Source: Eledone cirrhosa (lineage: Eukaryota). Taken from it: 64,000 bases of DNA. The notes below the pieces were generated by a model. That model had not been told where the DNA came from, ran no database searches, and worked only from the letters and a program-made list of their open reading frames with translations. The stretch is taken from NCBI GenBank assembly GCA_964016885.1, contig OZ024759.1, positions 29,264,001-29,328,000 on the forward strand. The letters run 5' to 3'. The position numbers and the translations under genes were made by a program. Numbering within the stretch: the first letter of the stretch is position 1; every line of letters starts with the position of its first letter. Below are positions 40,617 through 53,885 of the stretch, in pieces.

Positions 40617-40949
40617 GGAGGCACATGGCTTAGTGGTTAGAGCATTGGCCTTGCAATTGAAAGGTTGTGAGTTCAATTCTCAGACCGGGTGATGTGTTGT
40701 TTCCTTGAGCAAGACACTTTATTTCACATTGCTCCAGTTTACTCAGCTGTAGAAATGAGATCTGAGGGACTGGGGTCCCTATCATTCCACTGCAAAGTGG
40801 TTGTGGAGGTGCCACGGCAAAAAAGCATCCAGCACTCACTGTAAATGAGGTTGGTGTTAGGAAGGGCATCCAGCTGTAGAAATCAAGCCAGAATCAGTTC
40901 CTGTCCCACCTTTGCAAGCAAGGAAAAGCGGACGTAAAATGATGATGAT
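40617..40949 (+). mobile_element. Full-length tRNA-derived SINE with CORE-like centre and RTE-type tail
   Basis: A box TGGCTTAGTGG, B box GAGTTCAATTC, CCTTGAGCAAGACACTT centre, tail GGAAAAGCGGACGTAAAA(TGA)n. Confidence 0.85.
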
Positions 40950-41156
40950 ATGTGTGTGAGTAAGCGGGATTGAAGCCAATGTTGCAGCATATATATAAAC
41001 TTTATTGGCATATTACAATCATTTCACTATCAATCAGCTCAAGGTGCAATCATAATGACAGGGACCTGATTCTAACTCGATATTTCGTCACATATGTGAG
41101 TTTCTATGTGCAAAAATGCATTCCAACTGTGTGTGTAGACATACACATACACTCGT

Positions 41157-41201
<45 letters not shown>

Positions 41202-41780
41202 CATTTGCGTGATACCTTTAAAACCTCAGGAGTATTTTAAATTATAGTATTTATTGATTAATTAATTGATCTATTTGTTTACCTACAGATCTATATCACA
41301 TTAGGAGTGGTGTGGTCTGGTGTTCGTTTCTCCTTTGTTATAATATCACCAACATCTGAAACATCGATACCACTCAATAAAAGAATTTAAAATCTTTTTC
41401 TCTCTTAACATCTTCAATATGTTTATGAGTGTGTGAGAGAGATAGATGTGGTGAGTAGCAGGGGTCACACTGAGAGGAAAGATCTTTTGAAATTATTATT
41501 AAAGAGGGGGAAAAAACAATGAAATGTAAAGAAAATAAAAAATATACGATTTTGAACATTTTTTTGTTGTTTTTTTTTTTCTGCTATGAAATAGTCTTTA
41601 TAAGATGAACCCCTAGAGATGAAAAAAGTGGTTGCTTTTCCATCTCCAGGGGATAATATGCCCAACTTGTTAAAACTATTTTCATAGTGGAGAAAAAAGT
41701 GTGTTGAAGCTTCAATGTCTTTCAATAGAATGTTTTTAAAAATAGATGGTTTATAAAATAAATTATTATTATTATTATTA

Positions 41781-42240
41781 TGGCAGTATTGCTAGAGTGT
41801 CGGACACCATGCTTTGCAGCATAGAGTTATGGCCCCTTACGTTCTGGGTTCAAATCCCACCGAGGTTAACTTTGCCTTTCATGGGGGTCGATAGAATAAA
41901 CCACCAACTGGGGTTGATTTAATCGACTCCCCCGCCCCCCCAGATTACTGGCCTTGTACCTATATAAGAAACCATTATTGAGGGTCGGATGCCATGCTTT
42001 GACGCATAGAGTTACGGCCCTTGCCATTCTGAGTTCAAATCCCGCCAAGGTTAATTTTGCCTTTCATCCTTACGGGGTCGATAAAATAAAGTACCAGTAA
42101 TGCACTGGGATAATTGCTGGCCTTGTGCCAAAAGTAGAAACAATTATTATTATTATTATGGCAGTATCGGTAGAGTGTCTGACACCATGCTTTGCAATAT
42201 AGTGTTATGGCCCTTTACATTCTGAGTTCAAATCTCGCCG
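41781..42240 (+). mobile_element. Three head-to-tail copies of the second SINE family
   Basis: Repeated ggcagtat..GTTCAAATCCC..gaaacaattattatt units separated by (ATT)n. Confidence 0.75.
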
Positions 42241-43609
42241 TTTCTGCTAAGGTATGGAATCTAAATTCTATATTTGGTTTGGTATTTATTTAAATATTGC
42301 CTCAGACATTGCTCGTCTTAAATAGACTTGTAGAATAAGTACTAATCTGATTGCGAAACACACATACTTAAACACATGCATGCTCGCATTCTCTTGCACA
42401 ATATATACACACATACGCGCATTCTCTCTCTCACAATAAACACAGTACACGCACAGTATACATAATACACACACATGCAACTATATAGAGTACACATACT
42501 CTTGCACAATATATACAATAGACACACACACTCTTACATAATATACTCACGATACGTGCACACACTAAGACAGGGAGACAGAAAAAATGAAAAATAATTT
42601 CATATTATATGAAAGTAGTTTCATTATTTTAAAATATTATTTTAATATTCTGGCTTATAAATAAAATCTGTTTTATAGCAGAACTTTTAGAATTATTAGC
42701 TTGTAATCTATATTGATTTTTAACTTAGGAGGCACAAGACCAGCAATTCTTGGTGGGGTAGGTGGTGGCAAAGTTTGTTAACCCTTTAGCATTTACATTA
42801 CTCTATATATATTAGTGTATTTTTGTGGTAAAGGCTTTATCTGACATAATTCTCTCACATAATATCGAATCTGAGATTTTGATGTTATTTATTTTGAGAA
42901 TAATACCTTAATGTCAGTATGAGCGACCAGTTATGGCTGGTTTGAACAGAAAGGATTAACTCAACCCTCAGTACTTGAGTTGTACTTTATGTTATCAATC
43001 CAGAATGGATTAAAAGGTAAAGTTGATATCAGTGGGATTTGAACCAGAACAGATGCAGCAAAGCATTCTAATGTTCGAATGACTCCTCCAATACTACTCA
43101 CTGTAAAGTGGTTGGTTTTAATAAGGACATCCAACTGTAGAAACCATACTCTCTGTACACTATGTGAAGTGGTTGGTTTTATGAAGGACATTCGACTGTA
43201 GAAACTATGCCCCAAGTGCACTCTGTATAATGGGTGGTGTCAGGAAGCGCATCCTGCCGTTGAAACCTAGTCGAAAGGAAGTGTGCAAGCATGATGTGGG
43301 CGCCTGGCCAGCCTGGCCTCAGCATGTGACAACCCATCCAACCCTTCCACGCATGGAGAATAGACGTTTAACAAGGTTGAATATAATGATTGTGTGTGTG
43401 TGTGTGTGTGTGGTGTATATATATATATACATATATATATATATACACACACACATACAGAGAGAGATTGGGGGTAACCTGTCTAGACGAGTAAGACCAT
43501 GTTCAGCTAAGTACTCAATACTTAGGAAAGTAGAGTGTTAGTTTCATGTGTGTAAATATTTACACACACAGACACACACACACACATATATATATATATA
43601 CATTACATT

Positions 43610-43695
<86 letters not shown>

Positions 43696-44027
43696 TATGT
43701 TACATACACACTCTGTTGTGTGCTAGATCAATATAACCTGCAGAATATTCATATCAATTGATTTACTTCCACTTCTCTGTTTCTGTATATATCTGTGTAA
43801 CTAATTAAATTGTTATTTAACGAACTTATGCTGATAATCTTATTGCACAGTGGGTGTATATTGGTATAGTTGTGTGTTTGTAATATATATGAGTGTGTAT
43901 GAAATATATATATGTATGTATGTATGTGTATATTGACCTTTTTGGGGTTAATTGTAGTGAGGTCAATAGTTATTTGGCTTTTGAACTACATAATGGAACA
44001 GTCTTTCTTCACTTTAGTCTTGTTGCT

Positions 44028-44450
44028 GTTGGTATTGTCGGTGGTATTTGTGATGTTGGTATTGTCGGTGGTATTTGTGATGTTGGTATTGTTGGTTGTG
44101 TTTGTGATGTTGGTATTGTTGGTGGTATTTGTGATGTTGGTATTGTCGGTTGTGTTTGTGATGTTGGTATTGTTGGTTGTGTTTGTGATGTTGGTATTGT
44201 TGGTTGTGTTTGTGATGTTGGTATTGTTGGTTGTGTTTGTGATGTTGGTATTGTTGGTTGTGTTTGTGATGTTGGTATTGTTGGTGGTATTTGTGATGTT
44301 GGTATTGTCGGTGGTATTTGTGATGTTGGTTGTGTTTGTGGTATTTGTGATGTTGGTATTGTTGATGGTATTTGTGATGTTGGTATTGTTGGTTGTGTTT
44401 GTGATGTTGGTATTGTTGGTTGTGTTTGTGATGTTGGTTTTGTTGGTTGT
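44028..44450. repeat. 27-bp GT-rich minisatellite
   Basis: Unit gttggtattgttggttgtgtttgtgat. Confidence 0.9.
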
Positions 44451-44675
44451 CTCGGTGGTATTGGTGGTTATGGTATTGTCGATGGTAGCGGTGGTCTTGA
44501 TATTGACGTTGGTATTGCTGGTGTTGGTATTGGTGGTGTTAGTGGTCTTAGTATTGTCAGTGGTAGTGGTATTGCTGGTGTAAGAACCTTCTCAATTTGA
44601 GGGTTCTGTTCCGTAGAACCAGAGGTGATTTGGGGGTTAGTTGGAAAAGTATTAAGTATATACATACATGCATAA

Positions 44676-44714
<39 letters not shown>

Positions 44715-44991
44715 AGGTCCCGTAAATTAGCAGTTCAGCCTAAGGGGATCCTTGATAATATAAGTACCAGGCTTGAAATAAACATACTGGAGGTTTGATG
44801 TGATCCACAAAAATCCCCAGTGCCCAGCATGATCACAGACTTGCCTGAGACAAATAAAAGAGTATAGAGATGTGCGAGATTGCATATATTGAGTGCTCAC
44901 TCAGTTAATGTTTTGAGTATGATGTTATTTTAAATACAGATTCTAATACATATATACATACATACACACATATATATTAAGGGAGAGATAT

Positions 44992-45049
<58 letters not shown>

Positions 45050-45396
45050 TCATCATCATCATCATCATTTTACGTTCGCTTTTCCCTGTTTGCAAGGGTG
45101 GGACAGGAACTGATTCTGGCTTGATTTCTACAGCAGGATGCCCTTCCTAACACCAACCTCATTTACAGTGAGTGCTGGGTGCTTTTTTGCCGTGGCACCT
45201 CCACGACCACTTTGCAGTGGAATGATAGGGACCCCAGTCCCTATCATCTCATTTCTACAGCTGAGTAAACTGGAGCAATGTGAAATAAAGTGTCTTGCTC
45301 AAGGAAACAACACATCACCCGGTCTATATATATATATAGGTGTGTGTGTATACATATATATCATCATTGCTGTTTAACGTCCATTTTTCCACGTTA

Positions 45397-45433
<37 letters not shown>

Positions 45434-45478
45434 CATGCAATTCTGTGTGTATATCCGTGTGCATATTTATGTGCATAA

Positions 45479-45512
<34 letters not shown>

Positions 45513-45645
45513 GCATGCACATAAATATGCACACGGATATACACACAGAATTGCATGCACACACACACACATAGATGTGTTTGTGTATATATCTATATTG
45601 AGAAATTGATATCTATAGGTGCATATATATATCTATCTATCTATC

Positions 45646-45695
<50 letters not shown>

Positions 45696-47608
45696 TAAAT
45701 CTAATCAATACCCTAACCAGCCACCATCAACTTTATAGATGCCTGATGATAGCTTTTATCATTCCTATAGTAGCCATTAATTTTACATGTTACTTAACTA
45801 TTTTTGTATACAGACACACATATATAGTACACACATGCACTTACATAATATATATCTATTGTGTATATATATATTATATATATACATAATATATATCTAT
45901 TGTGTATATATATATTATATATATACATAATATATATCTATTGTGTATATATATATTATATATATACATAATATATATCTATTGTGTATATATATATTAT
46001 ATATATATATACACACATACATACATACACATGCATCTTGTCGCTTTCTCCATTCTGCTTTAACCCCCCTCCCCATCTTTAATGGAACAGTTGTATAACT
46101 ACTTTATTTGCATAAATCTTACATCTGCTCTTCCATGCTGGCATGGGTTGGGCATCTCATTACCAACCAAGTCTGTACTTAATCTAGAACTTTCTATGGT
46201 CCATCTAGGAGGATCAGTTTCTTCTATACAGAGAAATATCTTCATTTAAATTAGAAGGTGGTGGTGGATTGACAGAATCAATAGAGCGTTGGGCACCGTG
46301 CTTTGCATTATGAGGCATATCTGGCCAGTTGGCCCCGCCATACCTTGCTCAAATGGAACTGTATTTTGGCTGGTTTCTTTTACAGTTGGATGCCCATTCT
46401 AACACCAACCATGTTTATCATCATCATTGTTTAATGTCCATCTTCCATGCTAGCATGGGTTAGACAGGTTTGTTTCATTTAAAGGCAAGTTGGGTCGGGT
46501 GACCGTGTCTTGCTTATATAGAACTGTTTCTGGCTGGTTTTCTATGGTTGGATGCCCTTCCAAGCGCCAACGACATTTACCGTGTTTTTTACACGACCAC
46601 TTTACAGTGTGGGCTGGGTGCTTTTTGTCGTGACACCTACACACAAACACACAGATATATATACACACACTATATAGTAAATATGTACAACCAATACTAG
46701 CATAGAAAAACTGAAGTTAACTGATGGCGATGGTAGTAGTGAGGGTGATGGTGGTGGTAATGAAGTACATTGATCAAGACATATTGTGAGGGAGGGGTTG
46801 ATATATTCTCAACCGAGCTCTCTAGGAGGTGAAGGATGAGGTGTAATGGGGAGGTTGTATGAGGTGGGGAAGGAAGAAAGTGTAATTAGTGCCACAGCTG
46901 GGTAGTTACTTTTCTTGTAAGTTAACACTGCATCTTCAGCAGACCACACACATACATACACGTGTATAAAACACTCACACACCATACACTCACATATATG
47001 TATATATAATGCATACACATACACACGTGTATACAACATTATACACATACACTCAATATTCATAAAATGCACACATATGCAACACCCACGCACAAACATA
47101 AAACACACACACTCATACAATACATACACACACGTGAAAAATTCCTCACACACTCATACAATACATACAACACAGACACACACTCATACAATACAGGCAC
47201 ACTCTTATAATACACACACACGCTCATATAATACATACACACACATGAAACATTCCCTCACACTCACATACACAACACAGACACACACAAAACATTGCCT
47301 AATATACACAAACATACATAAAAGCATGCATACAAACGTACATAAAAGCATGCACACAAACACTCAAATCATACATACAGTTCCTTCCCCAGAACATTTT
47401 CCCCCTCCTCCCATACTGTGGTACAGTATCATCTTACTGAGACATGCCTCCATATAGACAGGCACAGAGGAGCAGCTTGAGTCGCTTGGCTGTCAACAAG
47501 GTACCACATTTTTGCTACTTGCCGTAGTTCTCAATAAATTCTTACTCCTTACTATCTGCTTGTTACTTTCTCTCTCCCCACAAGCAGGGAAGACGTAAAA
47601 TGAAATGA

Positions 47609-47646
<38 letters not shown>

Positions 47647-47876
47647 TATATTATATTTTGAGAATAAACCCTCAGTCGTTTACAATAATTAAGCTCCAGG
47701 AAAAGGGGCTTTTCCGAGCAGTTAAATACATTAAAATATATGATAAACACGAAATGTGTTTACATTGCAACAGACAAAGTTAGCTATTAATGAAATAAAC
47801 TAATTAAAGTGAATACAATTTGTCTGTCTCGATATAAGTCAATAAAGACAAGCTTATATTGGCAACATATATTTTA

Positions 47877-47924
<48 letters not shown>

Positions 47925-47966
47925 CCCATGCTAGTGTGGAAAATGGACGTTAAACGAAGACGATGA

Positions 47967-48059
<93 letters not shown>

Positions 48060-48788
48060 TGTGTGTGTGTGTGTATATACATGCACACAATCAATCACAT
48101 AAGCAACACATGGAGATGCACACACGACCCATGCCAGTGCTAAATGCAGTCATAAAATGGTGTGTGTGTGTGTGTGTATATGTGTGTGTCATAACAAAAA
48201 AGCACCCAACACTCACTGTAAATGAGGTTGGCATTAGGAAGGGCATCCAGCTGTAGAAACCAAGCCAATATCAGATCTGTATGAGCAAGACATGCCCACA
48301 GTGGGACAATTCGTCTAACACATGCTTATGCCAAAATCTCAATTTAGGGACTATAAATCAGTCTAAGTTAGTCTAACTCATATAATCATGGGAGACTAAC
48401 TTATTTTAGCCAGCATGACTTGTAAGTCCTCTAAATTGATATTTTGGCATAAGTTTTGTTAAATTACTTCTGAGTTCAACATTTTATCTGTCTTTTTCAT
48501 CCATTCATTGAGATGTCTAAGTATTAGACAGGTAACTTTTTAATTGATATTTAATTAGCCTCCGAGGGAAAGCGCACTTGGACCCCCCCCCCCCCCCCTC
48601 CACAGCTGACACAAAATTCTCCAAGTGCAGATCCATGGTCTTTCGTCACTGACGGATGCTAATAATAATAATAATAATTTCTAGTATAGAAAATAAGCAC
48701 AAGGCCAGCAATTTGGGGAGAGGGGAAAGTCCATTAAATCAACCCCAGTGCATTACTGGTACTCTATTTGTAATGTGCTGGGGTCGAT

Positions 48789-48824
<36 letters not shown>

Positions 48825-48972
48825 TACACACACATACATACTACAGGCTTCAGCAGTTACCATCTGCCAAATTCCACTGATAAAGTATGGATCAGTGAAC
48901 CTGAATCTATGGTAACCTTTTCATCATCATATTTCTAATACTGAAGAATTGGGAGAGATTTACTAACATTAT

Positions 48973-49156
48973 TGGCAGTATCAGTAGAGGGTTGGACGCC
49001 ATGCTTTGATGCATAGAGTTACAACCCTTGCCATTCTGAGTTCAAATCCCGCCGAGGTTAACTTTGCCTTTCATCCTTACGAGGTCAATAAAATAAAGTA
49101 CCAGTAATGCACTGGGTAATTGCTGGCTTTGCGCCAAAAGTAGAAACAATTATTAT
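48973..49156 (+). mobile_element. Second tRNA-derived SINE family with (ATT)n tail
   Basis: B box GAGTTCAAATCCC and centre AACTTTGCCTTTCATCCTT..GTCGATAAAATAAAGTACCAG. Many partial copies, e.g. 920-2040, 24715-24820, 26400-26505, 27250-27375, 52740-53167, 54120-54415. Confidence 0.8.
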
Positions 49157-49335
49157 TTCACTACCACAATATTAATGTAACATTTATTTAAATTATATTA
49201 GATTTTAAATTAAATAAGAACCCTTTAAAAAATGGGTGGTTTTGTTTCATAGAACCACAGCCAGTATTTGGTGGGTATTAACAGAGTTAAGTTACAATTC
49301 TCTTCCTACTAACCCATCCCTTGTATGTGTGTGTT

Positions 49336-49383
<48 letters not shown>

Positions 49384-49530
49384 AGGAGTGGTTGGTTAGT
49401 TGGCAGAAACTACTTTACATGCTTAATATATATAGAGAAAAACCTGATCTCTTATGCATGATGTTATTGGTGGTTTGAAGGGGTATAATTTGGTGGTCGT
49501 GTGTATGTAACAATTGAAAGGAGGTAGTGT

Positions 49531-49881
49531 ATCATCATCATCATCATCATCATTTCATTTTACGTCCACTTTTTCCCTGCTTGCAAGGGTGGGACGGGAA
49601 CTGATTCTGGCTTTATTTCTACAGCTGGATGCCCTTCCTAACACCAACCTCATTTACAGTGAGTGCTGGGTGCTTTTCTGCCGTGGCACCTACACGACCA
49701 CTTTGCAGTGGAATGATAGGGACCTCAGTCCCTATCATCTCATTTCTACAGCTGAGTAAACTGGAGCAATGTGAAATAAAGTGTCTTGCTCAAGGAAACA
49801 ACACATCACCCGGTCTTAGAATTGAACTCACAACCTTTCGATTGCAAGGCCAATGCTCTAACCACTAAGCCATGTGCCTCC
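49531..49881 (-). mobile_element. Full-length copy of the same SINE (5'-truncated copies at 45047-45323 and 62944-63102)
   Basis: Near-identical to the 40617 and 36251 copies; flanked by 63-bp direct repeats. Confidence 0.85.
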
Positions 49882-50851
49882 ACTATATATATATAATGTG
49901 TGTGGTTTGAAGGGGTATAATTTGGTGGTCGTGTGTATGTAACAATTGAAAGGAGGTAGTGTATATATATATATATATATAATGTGTGTGTGTGGGGTGG
50001 GGGTGGAGACATGGAAAGCAGATATAACATGGAGATGGTGATGTTGATGAAACCTGTTTTGTGAACATCAACTGGGGTGTGATCATACACAGCCCAGTCA
50101 GCTGTGTCTACTAACAAAACAGGTTCAATTCTTAGTTCATGGTTGAGTGATGTTTGGTAGGAAGGACAACCACACAGTCATCCGCCCAACGGTGAAATGA
50201 AAACAATGAAACCATTTTCCCTAATATATACATAACAAATTGTCCCATCCATGCTAGCATAGGCAATAAGAATGGATATAAAAGAAAAGGAAAAAAAAAG
50301 CCACAACCTTTTTTTTTTTATACCAGATTGCCGGAACAAAGTTGATTGTTTTAAATTGTGTATATTTTATCTGAAAATCTTTGATGAAAATTTTATGTAA
50401 GAACTCACATAATTTTCTCATAATATTGAATCTGAGATTTTGATGTTATTTATTTTGAGAACAATATCTTAACATCAGTATGAACAGCTGGTTTGAACAG
50501 AAAGAGGCAAGAAAATTCTGACCAGATATGGCCAGTTTGAATGCTAAAAGGTTAATAAATTCTGAATTATTTTTAATATCTTGCATTAGAAATGTAATGT
50601 AAAGGCTAAAGTGTTTATATTTATCTAAAAAAAAACCTTCCATCAAAATTTTATGTAAGAACCTTTGTTAGGTTATATTCCAAATACCAGCTTATTAAGA
50701 AAAGTGGTTATATTACTAAATCCCTACAAGTTCTTGATTATTAGAAATAGGGTAATGAAAGGGTTAACTGTTTTGGTACCAAGCCACATGAAACTGTTTC
50801 TGGTTCTTGGATACAAAATTGTTATAAAGTGTGTATATATTTTATCTAAAA

Positions 50852-51627
50852 ATCTTCTTTGCCCACTTAATTCTGGGAGGGTCGTGGGGGCAGTCCTGAA
50901 ACATTCCTTCCAGCGGGTCCTGTCAGAAGCAATTGTCTCCAACTAATCCAGCTGGATCCCCAAGCGAGACCAGCCAAGCTCATGGATGTCATCCAACCAT
51001 CTTGCTCGGGGTCTACCTTTGGGTCTCCTGCTGGCTGGTTTTGCCCATAAAACCCGTCCAGTGATTCTTTCCTGAGATGTTCTAACCGCATGCTAACATA
51101 AAATCCATCCAGTGATTCTTTCCTGAGATGTTCTAACCGCATGCTAACATAAAATCCGTCCAGTGATTCTTTCCTGAGATGTTCTAACCGCATGCTAACA
51201 TAAAATCCGTCCAGTGATTCTTTCCTGAGATGTTCTAACCGCATGCTAACATAAAATCCGTCCAGTGATTCTTTCCTGAGATGTTCTAACCGCATGCTAA
51301 CATAAAATCCGTCCAGTGATTCTTTCCTGAGATGTTCTAACCGCATGCTAACATAAAATCCGTCCAGTGATTCTTTCCTGAGATGTTCTAACCGCATGCT
51401 AACATAAAATCCGTCCAGTGATTCTTTCCTGAGATGTTCTAACCGCATGCTAACATAAAATCCGTCCAGTGATTCTTTCCTGAGATGTTCTAACCGCATG
51501 CTAACATAAAATCCGTCCAGCGATTCTTTCCTGAGATGTTCTAACCGCATGCTAACATAAAATCCGTCCAGCGATTCTTTCCTGAGACGTTCTAACCGCA
51601 TGCTCATAATATTGGAGCTGTGATCTT
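50852..51627 (-). mobile_element. RTE-like LINE 3' fragment with internal 51-bp tandem expansion; family copies at about 8345-8520 (+), 9325-9490 (+), 34346-34560 (-)
   Basis: QLQYYEHAVRTSQERI..RVLWAKPASRRPKGRPRARWLDDIHELGW..ASDRTRWKECF; GAA-repeat tail. Confidence 0.75.
51046..51604. repeat. 51-bp minisatellite, 11 near-identical units
   Basis: Unit cataaaatccgtccagtgattctttcctgagatgttctaaccgcatgctaa. Confidence 0.95.
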
Positions 51628-53167
51628 CCATCATAAATTTTATATAAGAACCTTTACGTTCCAAACACCAGCTTAATAATGAGAAAGTTATATATCTAAA
51701 ACCTTTCAAATTCTTGATTATTTTCAATATCATAGACTGACTTGGAAATATGGTTATGAAAGGGTTGAATTGTTTATATTTATCAGAAAACCTATCATCA
51801 TAATTTTGTGTTTATAAAGAAGTTTTAGGTTTTACACACGTTTTCGGAAATTGCAGCAGATACCATAATTATTACAAATCTGATGTGTGTGTATGCCTAT
51901 ATGTGTTTTGTATATATCTGTGTGAATGTGTCTGTGTATCTATCTATAATTGTTCCTGTCTAATCTGTAACTGTGTGTGTGTGTGTGTGTATATATATGA
52001 ATGTGCATGGCTATGTGTCTGTGTCTGTATATATCAATGTGTATGTCTGAGGTTATGTGTGTGTGTCTCTTATGTATACATCTGTGTATGTGAGGTTATG
52101 CGTGTGTGTCTGTTTATGTATATGTTTGTGTGTGGGTGTGTCTGTTTATGTATATATCTGTGTGTGTGTGTGTGTGTGTAACATCTGTTTTAAACCAAAT
52201 TCCTTCGTTGCTTTGTGATTGATTGATTGATTGATTCAGCTGTTACATTAATAGATACAAAAATCAACATTTAAGAAACTGCTGATATAATATCAAAGAT
52301 GTTATATACCACTCCACTCTCCCTCCTCTCTCTCTTTTATTCCTCTTTATTTTAGTTTTCATGATGTAATGTTGCAAATGTTTTAAGTCTGTTTGTCCTT
52401 GCTGGGACAGGGTTTAGCCTTGCAGACCCTGTGACCAGCTTCATACTAATCCTACGGTGCTTTTTGTGGCAATGCTTTACTGCTGGATGTCCACCCTGTA
52501 CGGTGGTAGTGCTGGTGCCACAACAACAAAAACCACCCTCCCTGCCCTGTAAGGTGGTAGTGCTGGTGCCACAACAACAAAAACTGCCCCCTCTGCCCTC
52601 TTCACTTGTAAGATGGTAGTGCTGTTGCCATGACAAAAAGCATCCAGTTCAGCCAGTATGGAGGTTCTGTTCACCATGTGAAGTGGTTGTTATTATACCA
52701 CAACAAAAAAACACCCAGTCAATAATTTAGGCACAATTTGGGCAAAGGAGAAAGTTGATTAAATCGACCTCAGTGCATAACTGGTTATCGGTACTTTACT
52801 TTATCGACCACATAAGGATGACAAGCAAAGCTAACCATGACGGCATTTCAACTTGGAACATAAAAGGCCATAACTCTATGCCACAAAGCATGTCCGTCCG
52901 ACGCTCTACCGATGCTGCCAATCCACTGGCCTTGATGATGATAATAATAATAATGATGCTTTCTTATTTAGCCAAATGTTCCAGCAATTTGGGGGGGAGG
53001 AGAAAGTCAATTAAGTCAACCCAGTACTTGACTGGTACTTTTTTTTTTTAAAATCAATTTTGGAAGAATGAAAGGCAAAGTTAATCTCAGCAGGATTTGA
53101 GGAAAGTATAGACTCCAAAATAAAACTGCTAAACATTTTATCTGACTCGTTAATGATCCTGCCAATC

Positions 53168-53729
53168 CAGTGGTTCCCAAACTGTGTGATGTGCCTCATA
53201 GGTGCAGCAGAAGAGGATACCAGGTTAGGCGGAATGATTGAAAGACAAAGATTTAGAAACAGTTTTAAAAATTCATATGCCAAAAATAAATATAATTTTA
53301 AAATTTAAAATATTATTATGGATGAGTCCCAGTATAAATAGTCAAAATAATTATTGACTGATTTTATCATTGTGATATATATTATATTTAACACACTATT
53401 AGTCGTTTTTTTTTTATTTTTAAATGTACTTTTGTCCCGGGTATGACATTAAACTGCATCCAGTGGCAAGGCTCCAGTTTGGGAGTTCAGGAGCTGTGGG
53501 GAATGTGGAGTTACCCCATAGTTGTTATCACTCCCAGGTCTGCTCTGGCCCGGAGTAATAGTACTTTGTGGGTTCAATAATTACCTTACTTGAGTGGCAC
53601 CAGTAAGGTATTATCAGCCATTGAAAAGAACCGCCCGAGATAGATTTATCACAAAAAATTTGGTGAGGCACGAACAAATTTTCATTCCAAAAATGTGGCC
53701 CAGAAAGAAAAAAAGTTTGGGAACCACTG
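53168..53729. mobile_element. hAT-like non-autonomous element
   Basis: Perfect 15-bp TIR CAGTGGTTCCCAAAC/GTTTGGGAACCACTG; 8-bp TSD tgccaatc/tgcgaatc. Confidence 0.85.
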
Positions 53730-53787
53730 TGCGAATCCATCGCAGTATTAATTAAAAATATCCTCTTTATTTTTCTTTTCTTTTCAG

Positions 53788-53885
53788 CCGACATTATATC
53801 ATGTGTAGAATTTAATAGTGATGGAGAGCTATTAGCCACAGGGGACAAAGGTGGACGTGTTGTCATTTTCCAACATGACAAATCT
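53788..53885 (+). CDS. PPP2R2: PP2A B55 regulatory subunit, coding exon 3 ([33 protein letters not shown])
   Basis: Polypyrimidine tract ending ttttcag and donor gtaagt; 98 nt. [28 protein letters not shown] is the first WD40 repeat of B55. No further exon was recognised before 64000. Confidence 0.97.

Noticed and set aside
40617-40690. tRNA gene
   Set aside because: A and B boxes are present but there is no acceptor stem; it is a SINE head that continues into the SINE body.
43893-44600. 235-aa and 223-aa ORFs (VGIVGCVCD repeats)
   Set aside because: A 27-bp minisatellite open in two frames because of its base composition; no protein signature.
45743-45790. CTGATGA motif next to (TA)n
   Set aside because: No GAAA or cleavage helix follows.
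50867-51733. 288-aa repeat ORF or CRISPR-like array
   Set aside because: A contiguous 51-bp tandem with no spacers; the ORF is an off-frame reading of a LINE fragment.
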